From contig AP039689.1 of the NCBI GenBank assembly GCA_051599415.1, positions 1,116,001 to 1,138,180 of the forward strand: DNA of 22,180 bases, read 5' to 3'. Shown here in pieces: positions 10,343 through 19,339 of the stretch. Source of the DNA: Savitreella phatthalungensis. Taxonomy: Eukaryota. Position 1 is the stretch's first letter. Every line of letters starts with the position of its first letter. The notes below the pieces were generated by a model, which did no database searches, was not told the DNA's origin, and saw nothing but the letters and a program-made list of their open reading frames with translations. The position numbers and the translations under genes were made by a program.

Positions 10343-11653
10343 TCAATAATTGTAAATTGCATCGGCCATGGCAACGACCTCGCGCATCTGCCGCTCGTGT
10401 ACTCGGACGATCCGCGCACCCTGCGCTACCGAGGCGGTGATACACGCCGCCGTGCCGAGAGTACGCAGTCGAGGTTCCGTGACTCCAGTGATAGTGCCAA
10501 TGAATCCTTTACGAGACGGACCAACGAGCCAGGGGATTTTGCCACCCAGCGGTGTGCGAAGAAGCTCGAGATTCTGCTCGGCGGTCTTACTGAAACCGAT
10601 CCCCGGATCTAGGATAACGTTCCAGCTGCGAACGCCTGCAGCGATGGCCGCTCGATAGCGTTCATTCAGTTCGGCAACCATCGTCTGGGCGACACCATCC
10701 GGATACCGCGTGTTCGCTTCGTCCATCATGGTCTGAGGTGTGCCCCGCATGTGCATCAACACGATTGGACAGCCAATACGGGCAACAGTGCTTAGCATAT
10801 TGTTGTCGAGCTTGCCGCCGCTGATATCATTGACGATCGTCGCACCAGCCTCGCACGCCGCTCGAGCGACATCAGCATAGAAAGTATCGATCGAAAGCTC
10901 ACCCTTGTATCCGAGTGCACGGATGCGCTCGATCACGGGCAGAACACGGCGCAGTTCCTCCTGCGGGGAAAGGAAATCGCTTCCCGGCCGAGTCGACTGA
11001 CCTCCAACGTCGATGATGTCGACGCCACGCACGTCGCTTAGAAACTCTGCAAGCGTTTCTAGGCCCATGCCCCCACTGAATGAGTCCGGAGTAGCATTGT
11101 AGATCAGCATCAGATTTGTGCCTTCCTTCAAGTGCGGTTGATGTAGCTTGAGCGAGTGATTCTGCAGATTCGCGCGGATGATCCCAAATTTCTCGAGCTC
11201 CGGTGCAATGTCTGAAAGCGGGATATGAACAAAGTCGCGCTCCTGAATGCCGATGTGCGGAATTTTCAAGTCCGGCGTATCGATCGACTCATCATCGTAG
11301 CTAAGAATGTCGAGATCAACCGACCGTGGACCTTTGTCGACAAGCTTGACACGGCCAAGATCCTTCTCAATCTGCTGACAAGCGTGCATGAGAGTATGCG
11401 GCGGTAGCGTTGTCATCACACAGCATACTGCGTTGAGAAAGTCTGGCTGATCTCTCACATACATAGGCTGGCTTTCGTACAGCTGCGAGGTATTGACCAC
11501 GCGGATGCCGCGATCATCAAGCAGGTTGAGCGCATTCTCGATCGTGCGCTTTCTATCGCCCAGGTTACTGCCAACACCAAGGTACGCGAGCGAAAGCGAT
11601 CGTACAAATCTCTTGCCTCTCGCGTGCCGGAGTCGTAGTCCAGCGCGCAACAT
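10343..11653 (-). CDS. FOL1: Bifunctional HPPK-dihydropteroate synthase (folate synthesis), no DHNA domain; probable mitochondrial presequence
   Basis: HPPK motifs AYLGVGSNLGD, QPDFLN, KGPRSVDLDIL and IPH..IQERDFV. DHPS motifs NATPDSFS, IIDVGGQSTRPG, NDISGG, LDPGIGFSK, GPSRKGF and IVRVHE. ATG 11653 gives the Arg-rich, acid-free MLRAGLRLRHARGKRFVRS. The upstream ATG at 11746 abuts a tRNA gene. Confidence 0.93.
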   Translation of the reverse strand: MLRAGLRLRHARGKRFVRSLSLAYLGVGSNLGDRKRTIENALNLLDDRGIRVVNTSQLYESQPMYVRDQPDFLNAVCCVMTTLPPHTLMHACQQIEKDLGRVKLVDKGPRSVDLDILSYDDESIDTPDLKIPHIGIQERDFVHIPLSDIAPELEKFGIIRANLQNHSLKLHQPHLKEGTNLMLIYNATPDSFSGGMGLETLAEFLSDVRGVDIIDVGGQSTRPGSDFLSPQEELRRVLPVIERIRALGYKGELSIDTFYADVARAACEAGATIVNDISGGKLDNNMLSTVARIGCPIVLMHMRGTPQTMMDEANTRYPDGVAQTMVAELNERYRAAIAAGVRSWNVILDPGIGFSKTAEQNLELLRTPLGGKIPWLVGPSRKGFIGTITGVTEPRLRTLGTAACITASVAQGARIVRVHERQMREVVAMADAIYNY

Positions 11654-11750
11654 GACCTCGGCGTAGAAATGGAGACTGATTTGACCCCGGCCGGTATGAT
11701 CGGCGCGTACTACAGATTCATTTGCTATTGTGCGACGAATGAACATACGA

Positions 11751-11868
11751 GACCGCGTGGCGCAGTAGGTTAACGCGTCGGACTGTTACCCAGTCAGGCA
11801 GTAGGAAACCCTACTGATCTTGTAGGAACGAGATCTGGAGATCGCCAGTTCGAATCTGGCCGTGGTCG
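11751..11868 (+). tRNA. tRNA-Asn(GUU) with a 44-nt intron (11789-11832)
   Basis: Acceptor stem GACCGCG/CGTGGTC plus discriminator G; D arm GCG-CAGTAGGTTAA-CGC; anticodon stem TCGGA/TCTGG with loop CT-GTT-A^A; T arm GCCAG-TTCGAAT-CTGGC. The intron is at the canonical 37/38 site. Confidence 0.93.
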
Positions 11869-11869
11869 A

Positions 11870-11877
11870 TTTTTTTT
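11870..11877 (+). terminator. RNA polymerase III oligo-dT terminator
   Basis: A T8 run starts 2 nt after the tRNA discriminator base. Confidence 0.85.
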
Positions 11878-12046
11878 CCTCCATTTTCTTTTTCTTCTTG
11901 GTTTTTGCCCCTGCGTTCTCTCACTGCAGTGGCATCAATCGAGCCATTGAAGCCCAAGTCAAGTCAATCCAGAAATCTTGATTCGTCACGGAGACACGAC
12001 CGCGCGAGACTGGATCAAGCGTGTGTGCCTAAAACAATTCTTTTCG

Positions 12047-14329
12047 CTACGTCCAAGCGTCTGTCTCTCCCCAATCGAATTGAGTTGCACCAAAGTCGGG
12101 CGGTGCGTGACCAGGAACGCCTCCATTGACTCCGGTGAAGTCAAGCTGCATCAGATAATCGAGGTCAAGGGTGAAGTTCTGGTCGTAAGGACCTTCGTTG
12201 GTGCTGCTGGAGGGCGATGTGGGCGATCCCGTCGAGTTCGTGATACTATTACCGTTTGCACGGCCGTGTGATACACCATTTCCGGTGCCCACAATGTGGA
12301 CGAGATGATGATTGCTCCTGCCGGAATGCTGATAATGCAGCCGAGGATCGCGTGAGAAGGACGGCGAAGAGGTAGGTACGGATGGCGAGTGTTGAAGGAG
12401 AAGGGTCTGATCGTGGTGCTTGTTTACTGCAGCTGCGGGCGCTGGCGCAATGTCCTTTAGTTCTAGTGTTTGTAAAGCCCGGATGAGCTCGGCACACCTG
12501 CCGGCAGCGGAGTTGCGCTCGAGCGAGGCGAAGATGGCGAGTACTTCTAGCACGCAGTTGGCTAATTCTTGACGTCGGCCAGACTCTTCTGTCAGCTTCT
12601 GGCCGACGACCAGAATAGTGGCTGCAGACATAAGACAAGGCACGAGCTGCCAGAGCGGGAAGTTCCAGTGCAAGGTCCGATCCGAGTCTACCTTGTCGAC
12701 CATAGCTATGACACGGCGCGCCTCCTCGAGGCAGATCTCTTGCTCGCGATGGTGTGATTTATTGCCGCCGCGCATGATGGCTAGCGTTATATGCGGGCGA
12801 TGGATCACGCTTCGCAAGTTGTGGTATTTCATCTGGAAGAAGTTGCGCTGCCGCTGGACGACTGGATGCAGTGCTGCGGTATCGGCGGGAGTCTTCTCAA
12901 AGTTTAAAGAGGCTGGCAGGGAAGCTTTCCATTCGATAATCATGTTGTCGATAGATGCGATGAGCTTCATCGTCCGCTCCCACGTCGGGCTCGGTCGGTT
13001 GACAAAGAAGAGCTCGCGCTGCACTATGCCGATGATGCGCGAAAAGCGGATCAGCGGTGGAATGTAAAGCATGAAGTCATCGTGCGGATGTGGCTGTGGA
13101 TCGATGGTGCCATCATCGCGAAAACGATGGTCGGAAATTTGCGATGGCAAGGGCACACAATAATCATCGTCGCGCATGCTGCACGGTTGCCTCGCCATTT
13201 GCAGGGCGATGAGATGCTCGAGCACATAGGCCGAATACCACAACCGCCGATTCATCTCGACATCGACGTCAGTCATGTTACCCAAGCGTGTGTCTGTCTG
13301 GATGCCCAAGTTTTGACATGAGCGAATCACAAGGCCCAGCAAATTCCAAGCCCGCGCGGGCTTGTTGATAATCATCAGGTAGAAGCAACCAAGCATGTTG
13401 CAACGAATGAGCTCAATCGACGAGCTCTTGAACACGTCGAATAGCAATTGCCGACCCCGAGCGAAATACATGCAGTGGTCATCATATGGCCAATTGCAAT
13501 AATACGCCCCGATGGCGAACAGAAAGTTGAGCAACGACAGCGTCGTCCGATCTAGATCCTCCCAGCTGACGAAGCCTTCGTAAACACGATAAAGCGAATG
13601 CCGGACCTGCCGCTCACACAGAAATGGGTATGCGGTATGCATTGTGGAGAAATATGCGTCAAGAAGCTTGTCAGCCTCATCACGCGGTGGGTAGCGGAAA
13701 AGATCCTCAAGCGATTGGAAGGATGGCCTGGCGATTTCGTCGTCTGTCACCGGCAGTACGTCATTGCCCGCCTGCCGAGAGACAAATTTGGCAAACGCGA
13801 TGTCGGTTGACTGATCAAGAACGCCATGTAAGCGAAGTGGCGGCAGCTGCAGATCTTCGCGCCACGGCGTGCCCGATGATGCGGCCGCTGGAGATGCGTC
13901 GTCCGGAACTGCGCCGACGGCAGGAGCATCTTCGTGTGAGTCCTCCTCATCGTTCTCCTGGTTGTCGGCAAGCATTGACAAGTATGCATCAATGGTTTGA
14001 GAGTCCGCAGGGTCGGCATCAGCCTGCAGGCGTCGCAGAAGGCTCTCAAGATCCGGCAGGGCTGCCATTATCTTTCTCGTGTGGCTGCTGTCTCGAGCCT
14101 CATGCTCGGTCTTGATGCGCTTGCCCCTATATGTATCAGAATAAATGCATTCAAAGCCGTAGCCCATGCAGTTGCGACACTTCGGCCGGTCTCCTGAGCA
14201 CTTGCGCTTGAGACTCCGGCATTTCTTGCAGGCCTGGCTGGTGCGCTGTCGCTCCGTGTACTTGCGGCGATACGGCACCTTGCCCGCATCCACTACAGAG
14301 CTCGGCGACGTGCCATGGCCGGAGCTCAT
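12047..14329 (-). CDS. Zn(II)2Cys6 transcription factor with fungal-specific TF (middle homology) domain
   Basis: ACKKCRSLKRKCSGDRPKCRNCMGYGFECIY, YFSTMHTAYPFL, AWNLLGLVIRSCQNLG and RRLWYSAYVLE, with an acidic/hydrophobic C-terminal activation-like tail. Confidence 0.93.
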   Translation of the reverse strand: MSSGHGTSPSSVVDAGKVPYRRKYTERQRTSQACKKCRSLKRKCSGDRPKCRNCMGYGFECIYSDTYRGKRIKTEHEARDSSHTRKIMAALPDLESLLRRLQADADPADSQTIDAYLSMLADNQENDEEDSHEDAPAVGAVPDDASPAAASSGTPWREDLQLPPLRLHGVLDQSTDIAFAKFVSRQAGNDVLPVTDDEIARPSFQSLEDLFRYPPRDEADKLLDAYFSTMHTAYPFLCERQVRHSLYRVYEGFVSWEDLDRTTLSLLNFLFAIGAYYCNWPYDDHCMYFARGRQLLFDVFKSSSIELIRCNMLGCFYLMIINKPARAWNLLGLVIRSCQNLGIQTDTRLGNMTDVDVEMNRRLWYSAYVLEHLIALQMARQPCSMRDDDYCVPLPSQISDHRFRDDGTIDPQPHPHDDFMLYIPPLIRFSRIIGIVQRELFFVNRPSPTWERTMKLIASIDNMIIEWKASLPASLNFEKTPADTAALHPVVQRQRNFFQMKYHNLRSVIHRPHITLAIMRGGNKSHHREQEICLEEARRVIAMVDKVDSDRTLHWNFPLWQLVPCLMSAATILVVGQKLTEESGRRQELANCVLEVLAIFASLERNSAAGRCAELIRALQTLELKDIAPAPAAAVNKHHDQTLLLQHSPSVPTSSPSFSRDPRLHYQHSGRSNHHLVHIVGTGNGVSHGRANGNSITNSTGSPTSPSSSTNEGPYDQNFTLDLDYLMQLDFTGVNGGVPGHAPPDFGATQFDWGETDAWT

Positions 14330-14857
14330 GAGTGCCAGGATGTCCGGCGCCCTTTTAAACTCGCTCCTTACCAGCCCCTTCTAGGCACGCTTCATGAGGA
14401 TGTTCCTCATGCATGGAGACTCTCTTGGAAGGAGAGCTATTTACAGAGCCTCCATATTTCGCAAAACCTTCACGTGGGGGCGAATTTTGTGAATCGTGCC
14501 AATCAAATACGCATCATATTGTCGTCGGTGACATAGACGATACGTATGTGGTATGTGTGATTCTGATCCGGAATCTGGATCTGGCCTCCAGAGAACTGGA
14601 AAGCAGTCTACCAGACCCCGATTTTCTCGATAATAACAATTCCGCGGGTTTTACTAAAGGATATATTCTTGAACAACCCGATACAAATACAGTATATTTT
14701 ATTTTCTTCGACTCCACGTCTAAATTAGTTCATATACATGGTGCATATTGTCAGACCACGCCAATGGCAGTTCTCTCCATAACGTATTGGCCGGCCGCAT
14801 CAATGGCCTAAAACTCGAACGCAGTCCGTCACTGATGCCACTAGCGACTCTGAGTCT

Positions 14858-16777
14858 CTAGAACTGCAAGTATGCATTGGCCATGTTGTAGTTGTATTGA
14901 GAGATAGTGTTGTTGATAGGTAGAGTGGCGGCAAGTGTTTGGCCGTTGATGGTAACGGTCGGGATGCCTTCATTAAGAGCGTCGAGACGGAAGGTGTTTA
15001 GACCCTGCGCTCCAGCAAAGGTTTGCGTGATGTTGCCCGACATGATAGTGACGCTCGCAGGGTTTGTCAGCAGAGCGGTCGCGTAGATGACATCGACCGG
15101 GCACGTGCGTCCATATGCAAAATTCTGTGCCGCTGTGCCACAAACCGGCGGGCCAAGCGGGTCGTTGCTCGCGACGGCATTGATGGAATGCAGACGGTAC
15201 GAGAGGTAGACCTGATTCGACGCCGGCGTGGGCGCGGTTGGTGAGCCGCTTTTGTACCACTGAATGAAATAAGAGGTCAACGGGAGTAGGGTCGTGTGAT
15301 CATTTCCGACCGACCAGGTCTTTGAGTTGTCGTTCGCACTGTCGTAAGGGTAGTCCCACAGGGTTTGCTGGTCACCGAGATAGTGAGACTCGCCAAAGTC
15401 ATTCCAGGACAACAACTCGATATAATCGGGCACAGCTTGCGTCAACAGATTCCGCCATCGAACCGAGTAGGTGTCGTCCTGCTCGAAGACGAAATTCTTG
15501 TAGTTGAAGTGAGCGAAAGCTTGCGGTGATATCGGCGCCATGTATGTCTTGTTACTGTAAACAGCGACCTGAGAGCTAGAGCTCTCGGTGTACCTCATCG
15601 AGGCGTCAGAGTATCCCCCGCTTTGGGGATTGTTGCGAGAGGAAAGATAGTAAGCGTCCTCATTGATCTGGCTGTTCCAGCCTTCCCAGCTAAACGATCC
15701 GTCATTTGAGTTCCACCCCATCGAAGACTGTCGATAGTCGAGGAATGCGGGCAGGAAGTAGATTTCCTGTCCGGCCAACGTCAAGTTGTTGCGGAAGTTG
15801 AGCCAAGTTTGGGCAGGGCCGATGGCACCGTCAGGCGCCCATGAGCCACCTCCATACGTAGAGAGGAACACCTTGTTACCAACCTTGTATTGCGCAGGAT
15901 GACTGGCGAAGTTGAGCACGAAAGGCATCAAATAGCTCGGCGGCATCTGACCGTTGACGGCCATGTCGAGTGACACAAAGACCTTGAAGTTCAGCGAGGA
16001 AGCCGCATCGTAGAGGTGCTGCAGACGGTCCATCTGCCAAATATCGGAGCCAACGTTGGCCGCAAATCCGTCAATGCCCGCCGCTTGTGCCTTTTGAATC
16101 GTCCTGACGTAGTCGCTAGCCTGCTGCATCGGGTAGCAGTTACCGATCATGAAATGCGCAAAGACAAGCTTGGCACCTGATGCTGCCGCCACGGGCGTGT
16201 ACGCGGCGCCTACAGTAGTTGTCTTTGCTCCGCTTGATGATGCAGACGATGAGGCTGAAGCTGAAGAGGAAGCGGAAGATGGGGCTGAAGCGGAAGATGA
16301 GGCTGAAGCCGAAGATGGAATAGAAGACGAGACAGGAGAGGGCGACTGAGACACGAAGGATGAGCTGGAGGATGACGATACAGGTGCAGAGCTCGCTCCT
16401 TTGATAGAAGAGCTCGAGAATCCCGCAACTGGCAATGAAGAGCTCGGCAGTCCGCTAGGCTGGATCGAGGATGCCTTGATGCTGGTGGTCAAGCTCGAAG
16501 GAGCACCAGTAGGCTGCTGACCCGGTGGACTTGTCAAAGGTATTCCTGAGCTAGGCTTCGATGAGGGAGGAACCGAATACGTCGCCAATGGAATTGGAAC
16601 GTTGCGGTACGGTGCGCAAGCGGGGACCTGAGGAAGCCACTGGCAGAGAATTGTAATGATGACGGAGTTCGGAGCATAGGTCAGTCCGTTAGGCTGCGCA
16701 GGCGCCGTCTTGTACACTCGGGCTCCGTCGACCGCGCCGAGCATCGCCAAAAAGAGCGAAGCGGCGTTAATCTGCAT
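14858..16777 (-). CDS. Secreted glycoside hydrolase family 71 alpha-1,3-glucanase (mutanase/Agn1-like) with N-terminal Ser/Pro-rich linker
   Basis: Signal peptide MQINAASLFLAMLGAVDG (ATG 16777) and GH71 motifs KLVFAHFMIGN, AQAAGIDGFA, FVSLD, KTYMAPISP and IELLSWNDFGESHY. Confidence 0.92.
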   Translation of the reverse strand: MQINAASLFLAMLGAVDGARVYKTAPAQPNGLTYAPNSVIITILCQWLPQVPACAPYRNVPIPLATYSVPPSSKPSSGIPLTSPPGQQPTGAPSSLTTSIKASSIQPSGLPSSSLPVAGFSSSSIKGASSAPVSSSSSSSFVSQSPSPVSSSIPSSASASSSASAPSSASSSASASSSASSSGAKTTTVGAAYTPVAAASGAKLVFAHFMIGNCYPMQQASDYVRTIQKAQAAGIDGFAANVGSDIWQMDRLQHLYDAASSLNFKVFVSLDMAVNGQMPPSYLMPFVLNFASHPAQYKVGNKVFLSTYGGGSWAPDGAIGPAQTWLNFRNNLTLAGQEIYFLPAFLDYRQSSMGWNSNDGSFSWEGWNSQINEDAYYLSSRNNPQSGGYSDASMRYTESSSSQVAVYSNKTYMAPISPQAFAHFNYKNFVFEQDDTYSVRWRNLLTQAVPDYIELLSWNDFGESHYLGDQQTLWDYPYDSANDNSKTWSVGNDHTTLLPLTSYFIQWYKSGSPTAPTPASNQVYLSYRLHSINAVASNDPLGPPVCGTAAQNFAYGRTCPVDVIYATALLTNPASVTIMSGNITQTFAGAQGLNTFRLDALNEGIPTVTINGQTLAATLPINNTISQYNYNMANAYLQF

Positions 16778-16906
16778 CCCTGATGATCGACAAGGCAATG
16801 ATCTGGATTATAAAAGAATGTCGAGCGCGGAGAGAGTGACGCGCGTCGGGTCGGTAACGAATCGTTGCTGCGGCCTACAGGCCGAGAAACGAGGTCCATC
16901 CTTTGC

Positions 16907-16912
16907 TTTATA
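16907..16912 (-). promoter_or_regulatory. Candidate TATA box of the GH71 gene
   Basis: TATAAA on the minus strand about 130 bp upstream of ATG 16777; motif match only. Confidence 0.3.
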
Positions 16913-17293
16913 GCATGACGCGTCTTCGCGATGTTGCCGGAGGAACCAGAAATATGCTGAGATTCTCGTGGGGCCCACAATCAGAGGAATGTGCAAACAA
17001 CGGCACGAAAGCCAATCAGCACGCAGAATCGGCATTCCACGGTAGCTACGGTAGCTCCTTTGATAAATTTTGTCGTTTAGTAACCCTTTCGGGAAGCGTC
17101 AGCGACGATTTTATTGATAGCGAATTCGGTCCAGCAGCCAGAAGCCAGCTCGAATGAGATATCTATCAACAGAAAGACAAGGGCAGGTGGGACTCGACTC
17201 ACGTGGGAGCACGGCACGAAGCGCAGACACTTCCATTTGGGGAAGGCGAGGACGGACAGGAGATCCGATGTCTAATTCTACGGATGCTGATGC

Positions 17294-18673
17294 CTAGTAG
17301 ATGCCAGGAATCATCTTGTACGGCACTCTGGCGCAGTATTCCTCCCAATACTTGCCGTATTTTGCACGGCACCTTGCATCGGAGCGCGCAATGCGATGAC
17401 CGAGCAATATGGCCATATAGATGATGTAGAAGTATCCGAGAAGTGCATTTGGGCCGAATCCGCAACACAGGCACTCGGCGAGCGAAATCATCAGGTCACC
17501 CAGATAATTGACTTGACGTGCGAGACCCCACCAGCCAGAGGTGATGAGGATAGACTGGTGCTGCTTGCCGTCACTGGTGCGGTAGTGAGCGCGAATAAAC
17601 TGGGCAGGCTTTCCCCAGATGTCGCATTTTCCATCAGCAAGGCGCACAATATCCTTTTGTGCATTCGTACCGCGGAAGATATAATACCCAACTCCACCAA
17701 GCGAGGCGACTGCCACTACGGCCCATGTAGGCATGACGACCGGGTTGTAGTACAGATACTGGCACTGAAGCGTGTACATCAACGGCAGCCACACGAGATC
17801 TCCCCATGCGAGGTAGAAACCCATGTGGTCGTGCGCGATGTCGATCGTGCGCAGGTACCAAGACTCGTTGTAGAAGAAGTCGACCACGTAGAGAGCATGC
17901 AGCAACGTACACAGGACCATGGAGTTCGTCACGTACCCGTACCGCTTGTGTTGGGCAGCGGCGAACGAGATGTCAATCAACGTCCATGCCACGATGCCCG
18001 GGCGACCGTTGAAGAAAAGCTTGAAGTCGAACAGGCCGAAGCGTGGATTGAACTCGATTCCCATGAAGTAGTCGTAGATAATACTTCCCGTGAACTTGCG
18101 ATCATCAGCATGGGTTGGGAAGAGGTGCGCCTTGATGTAGCAGAAAGTCGTCAAGCCGTAGCCGGCGATGTTTGCACATAGGAATAGCCCAGGCCAGTGG
18201 TCGGCGATGATGGTCAGCTCCCAGAGACCGGCATAGGCGCCGAGCACAAAGCCGATGTGCGTGAGGGCATAGACTAGCAATCCGTTGACGCGGTAAGGTA
18301 GGAGGTGACCAGCTGGAGTACGCTGCCCATGAGCGATCGATCCGGGAACGACGACATACATAACTGCCTGAATCGTCAGCCAGGTCAGGTAGATTCTGGC
18401 CGCCGCAGGATCCCATCCTGGAGCATTGGCCTTCAACGTCGCGATAGGATCCTTGAGAAGCTCTTTCGGAATCGCCCACATGTTGCAGCTGTGGTTCGTA
18501 CACGAAGCGAGGAACCAATTGCTCATCAATGGGCACAGAGCCAGCATGAAGACAGCGCCAAACGTTGTGCCCCAGCTCGTCTCGCCGAGTCGACCCCACG
18601 ACGAGGCCGCGACATCGCCCGAGACGTTAGCTGCAACGTCGTTCGCTGTCTCCTTACGACTTCGTTTTGACAT
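17294..18673 (-). CDS. DHCR7: Sterol delta-7 reductase (7-dehydrocholesterol reductase; ERG4/ERG24 superfamily)
   Basis: GQRTPAG...YRVNGL, KFTG...MGIEFNPR..FDFKLFFNGRPGIVAWTLI, DFFYNESWYLRTIDIAHDH.GFYLAWGDLVWLP.MYTLQ, SGWWGLAR..NYLGDL and KYGKYWEEYC..VPY. These closely match recalled vertebrate DHCR7 rather than Erg24 or Erg4. Confidence 0.88.
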   Translation of the reverse strand: MSKRSRKETANDVAANVSGDVAASSWGRLGETSWGTTFGAVFMLALCPLMSNWFLASCTNHSCNMWAIPKELLKDPIATLKANAPGWDPAAARIYLTWLTIQAVMYVVVPGSIAHGQRTPAGHLLPYRVNGLLVYALTHIGFVLGAYAGLWELTIIADHWPGLFLCANIAGYGLTTFCYIKAHLFPTHADDRKFTGSIIYDYFMGIEFNPRFGLFDFKLFFNGRPGIVAWTLIDISFAAAQHKRYGYVTNSMVLCTLLHALYVVDFFYNESWYLRTIDIAHDHMGFYLAWGDLVWLPLMYTLQCQYLYYNPVVMPTWAVVAVASLGGVGYYIFRGTNAQKDIVRLADGKCDIWGKPAQFIRAHYRTSDGKQHQSILITSGWWGLARQVNYLGDLMISLAECLCCGFGPNALLGYFYIIYMAILLGHRIARSDARCRAKYGKYWEEYCARVPYKMIPGIY

Positions 18674-19339
18674 TGTACGAGGTCAAGGGCTTTCTTCGAC
18701 CCACTCCTTTTTTCTCAAAATCCGGCGTGTCCGTGTTCACTCGCAGGCGCGTAATCGAGACGTGTCGATCGCAAGCATAATGTTTCATGGCGATCGATCC
18801 AAGTCAGGCCATCGGATGCCAGCGCAAGCGAGAAGCTCGTCGGATGCAAAAAATGTGATCAGTCTGGTAATTATTTGAAATTCGCCCACGTAAGGCTGGA
18901 ATGCATGATCAATTGTGTGAGCAGAGAACAGAGTACTACTGCATCTCATATTCATGATTGATCGCAATGAGATGGTTGGAAATGCAGCAAAAGTATTGTG
19001 CGGATTCTAAATCTTGCTTGGAAGCCATTGCACGAACGCACAGTCGTTGTGCGGCGTGATCCGTGAACTTTGCAGCAAGCCAGTCAAGCGACTCGCCGAC
19101 GTCGAAGTCAGGCAGCTTGTGCCAGGCCAAGTCCACAGGTCAAATTGCGAGGCAGCGCACTCCCAGTAGACCTTCCGAACATGAGTTCATCACAATACCT
19201 AGATTGAGCAGGAAGATGGGCAACATGGATCCGTCTCATCGATTGATGCCCCCGGCCATGCAATAGTCAACTGTCATCTGAGCTGGCTGATGCGCTTGTC
19301 AAGTGCCATGTTGAAACCTATATATATTCCGTTCAAAAA

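Noticed and set aside
11654..11746. N-terminal extension of FOL1 from ATG 11746, and an ACGCGT (MCB) site at 11773
   Set aside because: The ATG is 5 bp from the tRNA 5' end, ATG 11653 gives a plausible presequence, and the ACGCGT lies within the tRNA D arm.
15555..15593. Possible 39-nt in-frame GT...AG intron in the GH71 gene
   Set aside because: The donor (GTACAC) is weak, there is no clear branch site and the frame is open anyway; it cannot be supported without RNA data.
17294..18673. Calling the sterol reductase ERG24/ERG4, or a plant-derived HGT
   Set aside because: The motifs fit DHCR7 of the animal/opisthokont type rather than DWF5, and composition looks like the neighbouring genes.
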